The position numbers and the translations under genes are program-made. A DNA stretch of 64,000 bases. It comes from Mobula hypostoma. Lineage: Eukaryota. Below, in pieces: positions 13,210-25,227 of the stretch. The notes below the pieces were generated by a model. That model had not been told where the DNA came from and searched no databases. It saw only the letters and a program-made list of their open reading frames with translations. Position 1 is the first letter of the stretch; every line of letters begins with the position of its first letter. The DNA is taken from the NCBI RefSeq assembly GCF_963921235.1, contig NC_086106.1, positions 18,352,001 through 18,416,000 of the forward strand. Direction: 5' to 3'.

Positions 13210-15110
13210 AGAAAGCAGGCACATCTAGTCACTGCCAAGCCATTTAAACTACCAGGTCCCATTGACTTGCACCTGGACCATATCCCTCCATATCCCTCCC
13301 ATCCATGTACCTATCCAAACTTCTCTTAAAAGTTGAAATTGAGCTTGCATGCACCACTTGCTCTGGCAGCTCATTCCACACTCTCACAAACCTCTGTGAA
13401 GAAGTTTCCCCTCATGTTCCTTTTAAACATTTCATCTTTCATCCTTAACGCATGATCTCTAGTTGTGCACTCAGCCAACCTCAGCGGAAAAAGCCTACTT
13501 GCATTTATGCTGTCTATACCCCCTGATAATTTTGTATATCACTATCAAATCTTCCCCCCAATCTTCTATGCTCCAAGGAATAAAGTCTTTACCTATGCAA
13601 TCTTTCCTTATAACTCAAGTTCTCCAGTCCTGGTAGCATACTTTTAAACTTTCTCTGTACTCTTTCAACCTTATTTACATCTTTCCAGTAGGTAAGTGAC
13701 CAAAACTGCATATAATACTGCAAATTATGCCTCACCAATGTCTTGTACAACTTAAACATAACATCCACCTCCCAAGTAAATACAGATGCAAAAAAATCCA
13801 TTGAAGATTTCCCCATCCCTTTTGTCTCCATGCATAGATTACCATTCTGATCTTCGAGAGAACCAATTTTGTCCTTTGCAACCATTATGCTCTTAACGTA
13901 TCTGTAGAATCCCTTAGGATTCTCCTTCATTTTGTCTGCTCGGGCAACCTCGTCCATTCTTTTAGCCCTTCTTATTTCTTTTTAGGTATTTTCTTGCATT
14001 TTTTACACTCCATAAGTACCTCATTTGTTCATACCTGCCTATACCTGCTGTTCACTTCCTTTTTCTTCTTAATCAGGGCTTCACTATCTCTTGAAGACCA
14101 AGACTCCCTAAACCTGTCATCATTGCCTTTTATTCTGACAGGCACATACAAGCAATGTGCTCTCAAAATTTCACTTTTGAAGGCTTCTCACTTACCAAGT
14201 ACACCTTTGCCAGAAAACAGCCTGTCCCAATTCACGCTTACCAGATCCTTTCTGATACCATCAAAATTGGCCTTTCTCCAATTTAGAATCTGAACCTGGG
14301 AACCAGATCTATCTTTTTCCCTATTTATTTTGGAACTAATGGCATTATGATCAGTAGATGCAAAGTGTTCCCGTATACAATCTTCTGTCACCTGCCCTGT
14401 CTCATTCCTGAATAAGAAATCAAGTATTGCACACACTCTGTTGGAATTTCTGTGTACTGATTAATGAAACTTTCTTGAATACGTTTGATAGACTCCATCC
14501 CTTTTGTAGTCTGGATGTCCAAGTCAATATGTGGAAAGTTGAAATCACCTACTATCACCACCTTATTGTTTCTTGCAAAAGTCTGTGATCTCCCGACAAA
14601 TTTGTACCTCTGAATCCTGCAGACTGTTGGGTGGTCTATAATATAGCCCCATTAATGTGGTCATACCTTTCTTATTCCTCATTTCCACCCATAAAGCCTC
14701 ACTAGAGGAGTTCTCCAGTCTCTCCTGACTGAACACTGCCGTGACGATTTCTCTGACTGGTTACACCATCCCTCCCCTCTTTAATCCCTCCTGCACTGAC
14801 GTGTCTAAAACAATGGAACCCTGGAACATTGAGCTGCCAGTCCTGCCTCTCCTGCAACCAAGTCTCACTAATGACTACAATATCATAATTCCATGCGTTG
14901 ATCTGTGACATGAGCTCATTTGGCTTTCCTACAATACTTCTTGCATTGAAATATACACAGCTCAAAACATTACTCACACCATGCTCAACTTTTTAATTCC
15001 TACCATCTGATTCCACAACCTCTCCACTATTTGTCCTAACACTCTGGTTCTCATCCCCTGTAACTCCAGTTTAACCGACCCCCACCCCCGCCATGCAGAA
15101 TGAGCAACCT
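13210..15110 (-). mobile_element. CR1 LINE fragments (endonuclease, internal, 3' end)
   Basis: CVYFNARSIVGK, NWRKANFDGIRKDL, LYKTLVRHNLQYYMQFW motifs. Confidence 0.85.
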
Positions 15111-15720
15111 GCCCGTGAGGATATTAGTCCCCTTCTGTACAAATGCAAACAGTCTGCCCTGACAAACAGATGTTTAACTGCGCCATTGCAACAGAACAGT
15201 TCCCAACAATGATATGTTTCGTTTAGTTAGTGACACACAGGCACCAGATGAGGAGCAGCAATGTTAGTGGGGACAAGGAGCCCTCAAACAGTGATCCGAC
15301 ATTTTTGACACAAAGATATTGTCTGGTCAGTGGTTTCAACTCTCAACTCCTTGTCAGATAGCCGTAGGTTCTAATTTCTCTGACCATTAGTTGACAGCTG
15401 ATCATTGGGACACCCTAAGTGGGAAGGGTTTAGATACCAGAGATACAAAGATTACTATTTCTCCCTGAGTGTGCATCGTATGCCACGCTTCATGTTGAAA
15501 GTTCCTTATTTCCCATCACCAAATGTCACAACGAAGACATATTCATGTCATATTTATTGAACTGGGATCGGTACATTGACACATACAAAGATTTAATACA
15601 TTGTGCAGTCCCACACAGGGTTGAAATCCATTCAAATGTGGCACAGGAAGGTCTGAGAATGTACACACAAACTCAGAGATTTGTGCTGAATCATGTTTGT
15701 TGTTTAATTTGGTTCTTGAC

Positions 15721-15774
15721 TTTAATTTCATTTTTAATTATTTTAAAAGGCCTCAGCTTTTATCATGTTTTAAT
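15721..15774 (-). terminator. Candidate poly(A) signals for the secreted long form
   Basis: three ATTAAA hexamers on the minus strand (15721-26, 15733-38, 15769-74), 80-130 nt after the stop. Confidence 0.45.
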
Positions 15775-15852
15775 CAGTTAAATAATCCTCTCTGATAATT
15801 AACAATCGTAAGACTAACAAAACTAGAGTTTCATGGATTGAATCACACAGTA

Positions 15853-16238
15853 TTACACACAAGATTTAAAATTATCAGTCAGAACAAGTGAGAGATTGAC
15901 CAGGGTGGGTTTGCTGTGAGATTTATTGATGCTTCGGAACAGGTTGTTTGTGAGCGACTCATGACCCACCACACAGGAGAAAGTGGTGCCGCTATTCCAC
16001 TCCTCAGGAGAAACCTTCAGCTGACTGGTCATTGTGTTCCAGCCATTTCTGGGGTCCTTGGTCACCGGCTGGTTCACAAACCCTGTCTTCAGAAGGGTGT
16101 CATTGGCCATCCAGGCCACATAGATGTCTGCGGGAGAGAACTTGGTGACCAGACACATCAAGGTCACAGTCTGATCGGTGTCTACCTCATCCGATGAAGT
16201 GGGGAGGAGGTAGACATGAGGACGAGTCACAACACCAC
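15853..16238 (-). CDS. IgW: IgW CH6 exon with contiguous secretory tailpiece
   Basis: ctctgttccag|GGVVTRPHVYLLP...LMCLVTKFSP...FSCVVGHESL...KSHSKPTLVNLSLVLTDNFKSCV*; tail has an N-glycan sequon and penultimate Cys. Confidence 0.95.
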
Positions 16239-16880
16239 CTGGAACAGAGAGAATCTCAGTTAGAATGAATCTTCCAATAATTCCCTACTTACCCGGTCTT
16301 GCACCAACATGAACAATTTCTAAATCTGAGAGGCTTCACTTTATCTGAAACTAAAGGCTTTTCCCTTTCTGCTCATTGTTGGGAGTTGTGGAGTGGAAAT
16401 CTTAGACCTGCTGCATTTTACAACTTCCAGCGAGGTTAGTCTATTCAGTTAAATCAATGGGAGTCGCTGAACACAGTAACTCAACAGAAAGTGGAACTCA
16501 GCCCCTGGACTTGCATCATCCTGTGCTGTTTGTTCCATCTCCCCTGGAGCAGGGGTGGCAGTCTAAACTGTGTACGTGTGAGAGGGTGTGAGAACCTGTG
16601 GATCTCTCTCCCACAGAATGCACTTGAAGAATTATCATCTAATATATTCAAGAATGGGTTGTATATACTTCTTCGGGTGAATGGGTCAAAGGATATCTGG
16701 GGAAAACAGGAACAGGGATTGAATTTCGATGATCAGCGGAGATCAGATTGAATGGTTGAGCAGATCGAGAGACCCAATGGCCTGCTCCTGTTCACACTTT
16801 CTATAGTCTATCACAGTGCTGGATTTTGATAAATCTGTCAAATTGCTATCAGACTCACACTGAATTCTGTCCACACGTAC

Positions 16881-17201
16881 CTGTGTTCTTCCTGATTGAT
16901 TCCTTCACCGGTGTTGGCAAACTCTTGGCCTCAATCACACACGAGTACTCAGCCCCACTGTTCCACTCTGCAGCAGGGACTGTCAGTCTGCTGGTGATTA
17001 TGTCTTCACCTCCGTTACCGTCTGGACCCAGAGTCCTCACCCCATCTTCCCTCTTCCTTCCGTCCACTTGCCAGGTTACACTGAATCCCTGTAAATCACG
17101 GTGAACCACCTCACACAGAATGGTCGCTGTCCTCTTTGTCCAGATCTCTTCGAAGGGAGGTTTACTTAAAGTGACTGAGGGGCGGGTATCTGAACAGTCA
17201 T
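16881..17201 (-). CDS. IgW: IgW CH5 exon
   Basis: tttctcccag|DDCSDTRPSVTLSKPPFEEIWTKRTATILCEVV...YSCVIEAKSLPTPVKESIRKNT G|GTACGT; 321 nt; resembles the IgW CH5/IgNAR C4 family. Confidence 0.93.
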
Positions 17202-18512
17202 CTGGGAGAAATGTCACAATTATTATTTCAAAATTCCCCAATGGATGAGTTTGTCACCGACAAGACCAGCATTTCCTGTTCATCTCTGGTCAATGATTTG
17301 CCAGTCCCATCAAGATGAGATGAGACCAATCTACATTGGTGAAGAAAGGAATCTCCTTTATTGAGCAGACAGGGTAAATACCCTGAGCAAACATAAATGA
17401 ACAAGATTGGCCCTCAGATTGTTTTTGTAGTTCCATGGTCACTTAAACTGTTACCAGACACTTATTAAAACAGATACAGAAAATACGCAGTATTTCAGAG
17501 AGTGTCTGTGGAACAGGAAACAGAGCAAAGTTTTCCATAAAAATATTGCAGAAAATACACTTCATATTTCAAAATTTAAGTATGAGAAATATTTAGTTTC
17601 AGTCACGAATATTAAAAAGCACTCTTTTTCTCTATTAGGTGTACCAAAAATTTGCTGCTGCTTTGTCAGAATGTTGTGTATTTAAGCCGCCCTCCGGATG
17701 CTTCTACACATTGTCCAGGCTGACTATTCCCACACAGGAGCAGAGGGAGAGCTGCTCTGCTGGAAATTCAGTCACATCTGAGGCACGAATCAGAGGCTGG
17801 GATTATGTTCAAAGGCAGAGAGAGAGAACATTTTGAAGACAAGTATCAGGGATCTCTAGAGTACCTGCCCAATGAAATGATCTGGATTCCCCTCAAGTTA
17901 TTAAAACATTTTCTTAATACAATTATTTCTGTGGTGAAGTTCTGAACAATGTTGGTTGAGAGCAGAAAACAACCAATAATTGTCCGATTTAAGTGGGAAG
18001 CAAGATTAAAAAGATTAAGACGTTGAGGCTCAGGCAATGGAAGTTCCGGTATTCAGCTCACTTCTCGATGAGGCTTCACTCGCCTCAGCACTGAACTGAC
18101 TCTGCAGCTGCGGCCTGCAGCCATCGGCACTCACCTCAGCACTGAGCCTGGCTCCACGGCCGTGGCCTGCAGCCATCGGTCTCCTGCACCGGTTGCAGTG
18201 CTGAACTGGCAATGTGGCTGTGGATTTGTTTGAATTTTTTTTATTGTTTACACAATTTGTTCTTTCCTTTTCACACATTGGATGTTTGACTCTGAATTCT
18301 ATTGTGTTTCTTTGTTTTGCGGCTGCCTGCAAGAAGAGAATCTCAAGGTTGTATATGGTGCACATACTTTGATAATAAATGTACTCTGTACTTTGAACTT
18401 TATCAGTTCACTCACATAACTAAACTAGAGCTGCACCGTGAATCAGTGCTGACCTTGAATTCATAGCACAATGTAAACAATTTCAATAATGGGGTGGGTC
18501 CCAGGACCCTAC

Positions 18513-18830
18513 CTTGGACAGTCTTCACTTGCTTCTTGATACTGCTGTTGGAGGGGGGATGAGTCACTGTACAGCTGAAGACTGATTCTGACTTCCACTC
18601 CTGTAAACTCATGGTCAGGAAGTGTCTGGCACTGAAAGTCCACCCCTGCTCCAGAGCGGTCGGTGCAGCGCTGGTGTTGGAGGTGATCACGGTGCTGTCT
18701 TTCTCCCAGGTGACAGTTATTTCATCCGGGTAGAATCCAGAGACCACACACTCCAGTGTGGCCGTTTTCCTATTCTTTGTCTCTTCCTGAGGTGGAGGCA
18801 GCAGACTGACTTTGGGACTTTTTATCTCAA
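18513..18830 (-). CDS. IgW: IgW CH4-type exon, copy c
   Basis: intact AG/GT, 318 nt, open. Confidence 0.92.
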
Positions 18831-18918
18831 CTGGAATAGACAAGTAAACAAAGGAAATGTCAAACATTTTGACTCAGGTAACTAATGCTGGCCATTTAAT
18901 CACTGGTCTCTTGCCCAC

Positions 18919-19221
18919 CTTTGGTACTATTGGTCCGTGCTGACACTGGGGAAGATGAAGGAGATTCCTGAGCTGAGCACTCGTACTCCACCCCACTGAA
19001 CCACTCCTCCACACTGATCTGGAGTTCACTGAGCACTCTGTATCGGGACCCGTCCCTCTCCGCTGGGTGGGTGTGAATTCCTTTAGTTTTCTCCTTCCCG
19101 CCCACGTGCCAAGAGATGTGGATATCTTCGGGATCTGTACAGATAACTGTGCACTTCACGGTTGGAGTCTTGTGGATCCACATCTCTTCAATGTGGGGAT
19201 TTTGAATAAAGACAGACAATT
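18919..19221 (-). CDS. IgW: IgW CH3-type exon, copy c
   Basis: intact AG/GT, 303 nt, open. Confidence 0.92.
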
Positions 19222-21317
19222 CTGTGGGTTAGAAATGGAAATGCTCAGAATCTTACTGGAGATATTTCCATTGGTTGTGTTAGGTCCAGGCAGATCATCA
19301 GTACTTGACAGCTGCATTTAATGCAAACAGAATAACAGGAACACCCAGGGCTGAGTCACATGCCTCATATTCCTATAAGTTTTGATTGAGAGAAGAAATT
19401 CAGAACAAAGGATGTGCTAACGAGGTTTCGAATCCCTTTCTAATAATCGGTTCACTGTGAGACGGAGCTCTGTGAGACAGAGAAGCATGCAGATTTCTCA
19501 GCAGAGACACAGCTCAGTAGATTCTTTGCTTGGAGACTCAGTGCCATTGATTAGTAACAGTGAACACTGTGAATCAATGAGAATCCCTTTCTCCATCTGG
19601 GCTGAGCCTGGGATTCACTCAGTTTAATAACTTCACATCCTGACATTCCAGTCTCACTGTGGCTGCACCTCTCCTCATCTCTGCAACCTTCACAACTCAT
19701 ACAAACTTCAGAAACCATCATATTCTTTCAACTCTGCTCACTCATACACCTGCACTACTCCTGCTGGTGCCTGTGGTTTTAGCATTCTTGCTTACAAACA
19801 CTGAAGCCTCTGTCTCACTTGAAATGAGCAGCCATGGTCAGAGTGTATCCATAAGTTAGGGACTGATGAACTGGCAAATGGTTTCAAGTCCCAACCCGGT
19901 GGATGGGAGTTTAAATTCAATTCATCAATGCTTTTTGGAATAAAATGAAGACTCTGGAAGAATTTGTAGTGATATTTGCTGTGGTAACTTCTGAAAAGAA
20001 ATCTCATCTGGGCTGGCTGCTATGTGATTCCAGACCTGCAGCAATACAGCTGAACCTGAATCACCACCAGGAATGAGCCAGCAAGTCCCACCGTTTGAGA
20101 GCAATCAGTGATTGATAGGAAATGGTAAATTAAATAAATAGTCCTTTGTTCAGGTTAGTGTCACTTTTGTGTGATTACACTCAAGTCAAGTTGTTGAGGT
20201 CGTCTCCCAATGCACTGTTGGCCAGAAAGAACTACCATCTATAGATCAGTGAATTTGGACCAGGGATCATTTCCAAATAAGAAGACACATGCGAGATGTC
20301 CTTTGGTTGGATATAACATGCAGGTCTGTGACGGTTGGGGTCTGTCTCTGCCTTGTGTGATCAAGCTGATTGCCGATTGAGAACAAAGAGCCATAGATTA
20401 TTAGATGTCATTCCTCGATCAGAGCCAATAAGAAGGTGTTAGAGGTCAATCAGGTGACTATAGCAAATATCACTGGAATGTAACATTTGAGTTAGTAAGG
20501 AATGAATTTAAAAGCAGATGCTTCAAGTGTGCTGGCAGCAGTGGCTCTGTAGGAGATTCACTTTCGTGGATATGAGGTGCCTCACGGATGTGGAGATTCA
20601 AAATCGGGCACCAAGGAACACGTGGCTAGCAGTAAAGTCTCCTTTTTAACTGGTATAATCTTTTTAATATTTGACTGTTCATGGAAGGTCAGGGAAACTC
20701 AGCAGGTGTGCACACAGGTATTGGTTGTGTAAGTTCACATGTTCTTGCATTGAGACAATAAAGGTATTTGTCGGTAAATCCAATTCTCTCTGTGCCTCCC
20801 TGATCATTATTACAAGAGGTGATATTTGTAACATCACTATCATCTGTTCACTTACTTTGCAGCTCTCTGCACTTTGTGTTCACCATTTACACACTTGGTC
20901 ACCTTCAGGCATGTGGGATGTTTTTGCTCTTTGACATTTAGTGTGGAGCTGATTGTGTTTGTGTCACAGTTGAGACCTTCAATGAGACTGTGAGTCAGTG
21001 TCTTTGTCTGAAGAAAGAGCAGATGTAACACACACGGTTCCAGTCTGACTGGGACGGATCATCTGACAAAGTATGATGTGTATTTCTCAACATTCCTCAT
21101 TTCAGAAAGATTATGAGCAATTTTCTTTTAAAACAGAAAATCTGTGGGTGTAGTCTAGATGATCATTGTTGTCGTGTAATATCATAAATATGCAAACCTA
21201 GGTGTACACTGAAGGGTCACTGAATTATGAACCTCAGTTTAATCAGCACTGTGATGTTGTTAAGCATGTTTTCTGCAGTTTTCTCAGTTGTGTCCGATAT
21301 CAGCACAGTCTTGAGGT

Positions 21318-21724
21318 TCAGCAGTCCCTGGGAAATGTGATCCCCACATAAAACCTGACAGAGTCAGGATCGCTCCCCTTATTGCTGAATGCTGGCATTA
21401 TTCCACAAGAAGCATATAATTCTATCAATGCTTGGGTAGTTATAACAAAACATTCTCCTTTCTGACATTCCTTGGGATCACTGAGTTTTCCTCTTGGACT
21501 GAATTCAGTGTCTGGCACGTGGATCAATGTAACTTCAGCAATTTGTCTGATCCAGGATTTACACACAGAGCATGCCAGATTGGACAGGAGACTGGTTAGA
21601 CCCCTGAGTCTTGTCTCACCAATTTGTCTTGTGCACAACATTTTCAAAGGGTCATCCGTCCTTTGACTGAGCAAATTTTGAATTTCAGCCCTGTTCACCT
21701 TCATCACCTCGTGCCTCACAGCCA
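21318..21724 (-). CDS. Putative secretory exon, copy 2: intact 135-aa Cys-rich ORF but acceptor mutated
   Basis: ORF (V/M)AVRHEVMKV...LCTRQ...LACSVCKSW...KECQKGEC...FPRDC*; begins exactly at the position homologous to the copy-1 acceptor, which here reads CAA; ATTAAA at 21238-21243. Confidence 0.55.
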
Positions 21725-24159
21725 TTGGGTGAAAAACAGGTTCCAGTTCTTGCTGACTGGAGTCAGACAGGGGGGAATCTGGCCAAGGAAACTGGAATTG
21801 GGATCTGAGTCACACTGAAGCAACAATGTACACAAATGAATGAGTGTATGGACAACCAGAAACACAAGAGATTCTACAGATGCTGGAAATCTTGAACAAC
21901 ACACACAAAGTGCTGGAGGAACTCGGCAAGTCAGGCAGCATCTGTGGATGGAAATAAACAGTCGATATTTTGGGCCGAGAGATTTCACCGGTACTGGAGA
22001 GGAAGTGGGCAGAAGCCAGAATAAGAAGGTGGGTGGAGTAGAGAGGAATACATTCTGTCAGATGAGAGGTGATACCAGGTGAGGGGGAAAGTGTGTGAAT
22101 GAAGGAGGCAGTATGAAGTAAGAAGCTGGTAGGAATAAGTGGAAGAGATAAATGGCTGAAACAGAAGGAATCTGACTGGACAGTGGACCATGGAGGAAAG
22201 TGCAGGAGGAAGGGAACCAAATGGAGATGATGGGCAGGTGAGAAGAAGTGTAGGGATGAGGGTGTATCTAGTATGGGGAATAGAACAAAAGGGAGAATAA
22301 AGCAGTCGGGGGGGGGGTTACTGGAAGTTGCAGAAATCTGTATTCGTGCCATCAGGTTGGCAGATATCTGGATGGAATATGAGGTCCTGACTTTGGCCTC
22401 ACCCTGGCAGTAGAGAAAGAAATGGACAGACATGTCAGAATGGGAATGGGAAGTCAAATTGAAATAGCTGGTCACAAGGATATTGAAAAGTCAAATTGAA
22501 ATGTGGAGGGGAGAGGTAGTCATTTTAAATAACGTATTTTCATCACTGTCTGTGAAACTTCCATCCCAATGGATACCAGAGGCAGGTCTGGAATCCAGTA
22601 AGTGGATTGTAAAAGAATTCATTGATGAATTGTATATACAGCCAATCACTTTATTTCACACTTTCCTGCTGAACAATGATACTGTTGGGTAGAACCATCG
22701 GAGAATGTTGCATTGAGATTACTCTGGTAAAAGAACATTGGCACAGGCTCCGAAAAACGGCTGGGACATTTTCTCACCATGTCAGCAGAGGAGGCCATGG
22801 ACAGACATGTCAGAATGGGACTGGGAAGTCAAATTGAAATAGGTCGCCATGAGGATATTTTAAAGTCAAATTGAATTGTGGAGGGGAGAGGCAGTTTAAA
22901 TCACGCGTTTTCTTCTCTAGCAAACGTCCATTCCAAAGGATTCCAGTGGCAGGTCTGGAACCCTGTAAATGAATCGTAAGGAAATTCATTGATGAATTTT
23001 ATAGCGAACCAATCACTTTATTTCACACTTTCCTGCCGAACAATGGTACTGTCGGGTAGAACCATCTGAGAATGTTGCATTGAGATTACTCTGGTAAAAG
23101 AACATTGGCACACTCTCTGAAAAACAGCGGGGACAGTTTCCACCTGGAAATAGAAAATTTATTAATGTCAGCATTAAATATTTTCACCTCTTTTCCTGTG
23201 CTTGGAAAAAAGAGAGCCCCACATATTCCCACTCTCTATTCTCTGTATTGCATCCTATTGGGATGAGGTTATGTCAGCCATGATAAATGAATGTGCTGTC
23301 TGACCCTGGCCGAGGATCTGAGGACACAAGATCACAATATTCACTCGAGGATTGGGCATCAATTCAAAAATAATCCAGGCACCTACATTTCAGTGAGTGG
23401 ACAATCAACAGAAGAGTCTCTCAGGAAACACTGGAAACAAGACTCTGGGGACTGAAGCAAATACAAAATTGCAATGATATGTTTTTGAGGAACTGACACT
23501 GAAGAGACAGTGAAAAGGGAAAATGGAGATTTTCTCCAGATGGTAAAGCATGGGCGTAAGTTTTGCTCACTAACTTATTTTCATTATAACTGCAGAGATA
23601 ACTAAAATTATTGAGACAGAATGGACAGGTGACCTAATCTTACACCTTTCCTGCCCAGTAGATGGGGTTAAAACTTCTCGATGAGGCTTCACTCGCCTCA
23701 GCACTGAACTGACTCTGCGGCTGCGGCCTGCAGCCATCGGCACTCACCTCAGCACTGAGCCTGGCTCCACGGCCGTGGCCTGCAGCCATCGGTCTCCTGC
23801 ACCGGTTGCAGTGCTGAACTGGCAACGTGGCTGTGGATTTACTTCAGGGGGATCTGCGGTTCAGGTTCTGTGGATTGTTTGTTTGAATTTTTTTATTGTT
23901 TGCACAATTTGTTTTTTTCACACATTGGATGTTTGACTCTGAATTCTATTGTATTTCTTTGTTTTGTGGCTGCCTGCAAGAAGAGAATCTCAAGGTTGTA
24001 TATGGTGCTCATCCTTTGATAATAAATGTACTTTGTACTTTGAACTTTATCAGTTCGCTCACATAACTAAACCAGGGCTGCACCATGATTTGGTGTTTAC
24101 CTTGAATTCATAGCACAATGTAAACAATTTCAATAATGGAGTGAGTCTCAGGACCCTAC

Positions 24160-24477
24160 CTGGGACGTTCTTCACTTGCTTCTTGATACTGCTGTTGGAG
24201 GGGGGATGAGTCACTGTACAGCTGAAGACAGATTCTGATTTCCACTCCTGTAAACTCACGGTCAGGAAGTGTCTGGCACTAAAGGTCCACCCCTGCTCCA
24301 GAGCGGTCGGTGTAGCGCTGGTGTTGGAGGTGATCATGGTATTCCCTTTCTCCCAGATGACATTTATATGGTCCGGGTAGAATTCGGAGACCACACACTC
24401 CAGTGTGGCCGTTTTCCAATTCTTGGTCTCTTCCTGAGGTGCAGACAGCAGTCTGACCTTGGGACTTCTTATCACGA
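24160..24477 (-). CDS. IgW: IgW CH4-type exon, copy b
   Basis: intact AG/GT, 318 nt; VVIRSPKVRLLSAPQEE...LECVVSEFYPD...FSCTVTHPP. Confidence 0.92.
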
Positions 24478-24565
24478 CTGGAATAGACAAGAAAACGAAG
24501 GAAATGTCAAACATTTTGACTCAGGTAACTAATGCTGGCCATTTAATCGCTGGTCTCTTGCCCAC

Positions 24566-24868
24566 CTTTGGTACTATTGGTCCGTGCTGACACTGGGGAA
24601 GATGAAGGAGATTCCTGAGCAGAGCACTCGTACTCCACCCCACTGAACCACTCCTCCACACTGATCTGGAGTTCACTGAGCACTCTGTATCGAGCTCCGT
24701 CTGTCTGCGGTGGTTGTTCGACAATTCCATTAGTTTTCTCCTTCCTGCCAACATGCCAAGAGATGTGGATATATTCTGGATCTGTACAGATAACTGTGCA
24801 CTTGACGGTAGCGGTCTTGTGGATCCACATCTCTTCAATGTCGGGATTTTGAATAAAGACAGACAATT
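24566..24868 (-). CDS. IgW: IgW CH3-type exon, copy b
   Basis: intact AG/GT, 303 nt, open, both canonical Cys and Trp present. Confidence 0.92.
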
Positions 24869-25010
24869 CTGTGGATTAGAAATGGAAATCCTTAGACTCT
24901 TACCGGAGATAGTTCTATTGGTTGTGCTAGGTCCAGGCAGATCATCAGTACGTGACAGCTGCATTTAATGCAAACAGGATAACAGAAACACGCAGGGCTG
25001 AATCACTTGG

Positions 25011-25227
25011 CAGTCTGCTGGTGATCATGTCTTCACCTCTGTTGCTGACTGGACCCAGAGTCCTCACCCCATCTTCCCTCTTCCTCTGTCCAGCTGCCAG
25101 GTGACACTGAATTCCTGTAAATCACTGTGATCCACCTCATACAGAATGGCTGTTGTCCTCTTCGTCCAGATCTCTTTGAATGAAGGTTTACTTAAAGTGA
25201 CTGAGGGGTGGGTATCTGAACAGCCAT
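25011..25227 (-). pseudogene. Truncated pseudo-CH5 exon
   Basis: Homologous to the 5' two-thirds of CH5 (16881-17201); Cys->Tyr (TGT->TAT), 1-nt deletion giving TGA, 3' end and donor missing. Confidence 0.9.

Noticed and set aside
15922-15927. AATAAA inside the CH6 coding sequence
   Set aside because: Encodes I-N-K upstream of the stop; unlikely to be the poly(A) signal
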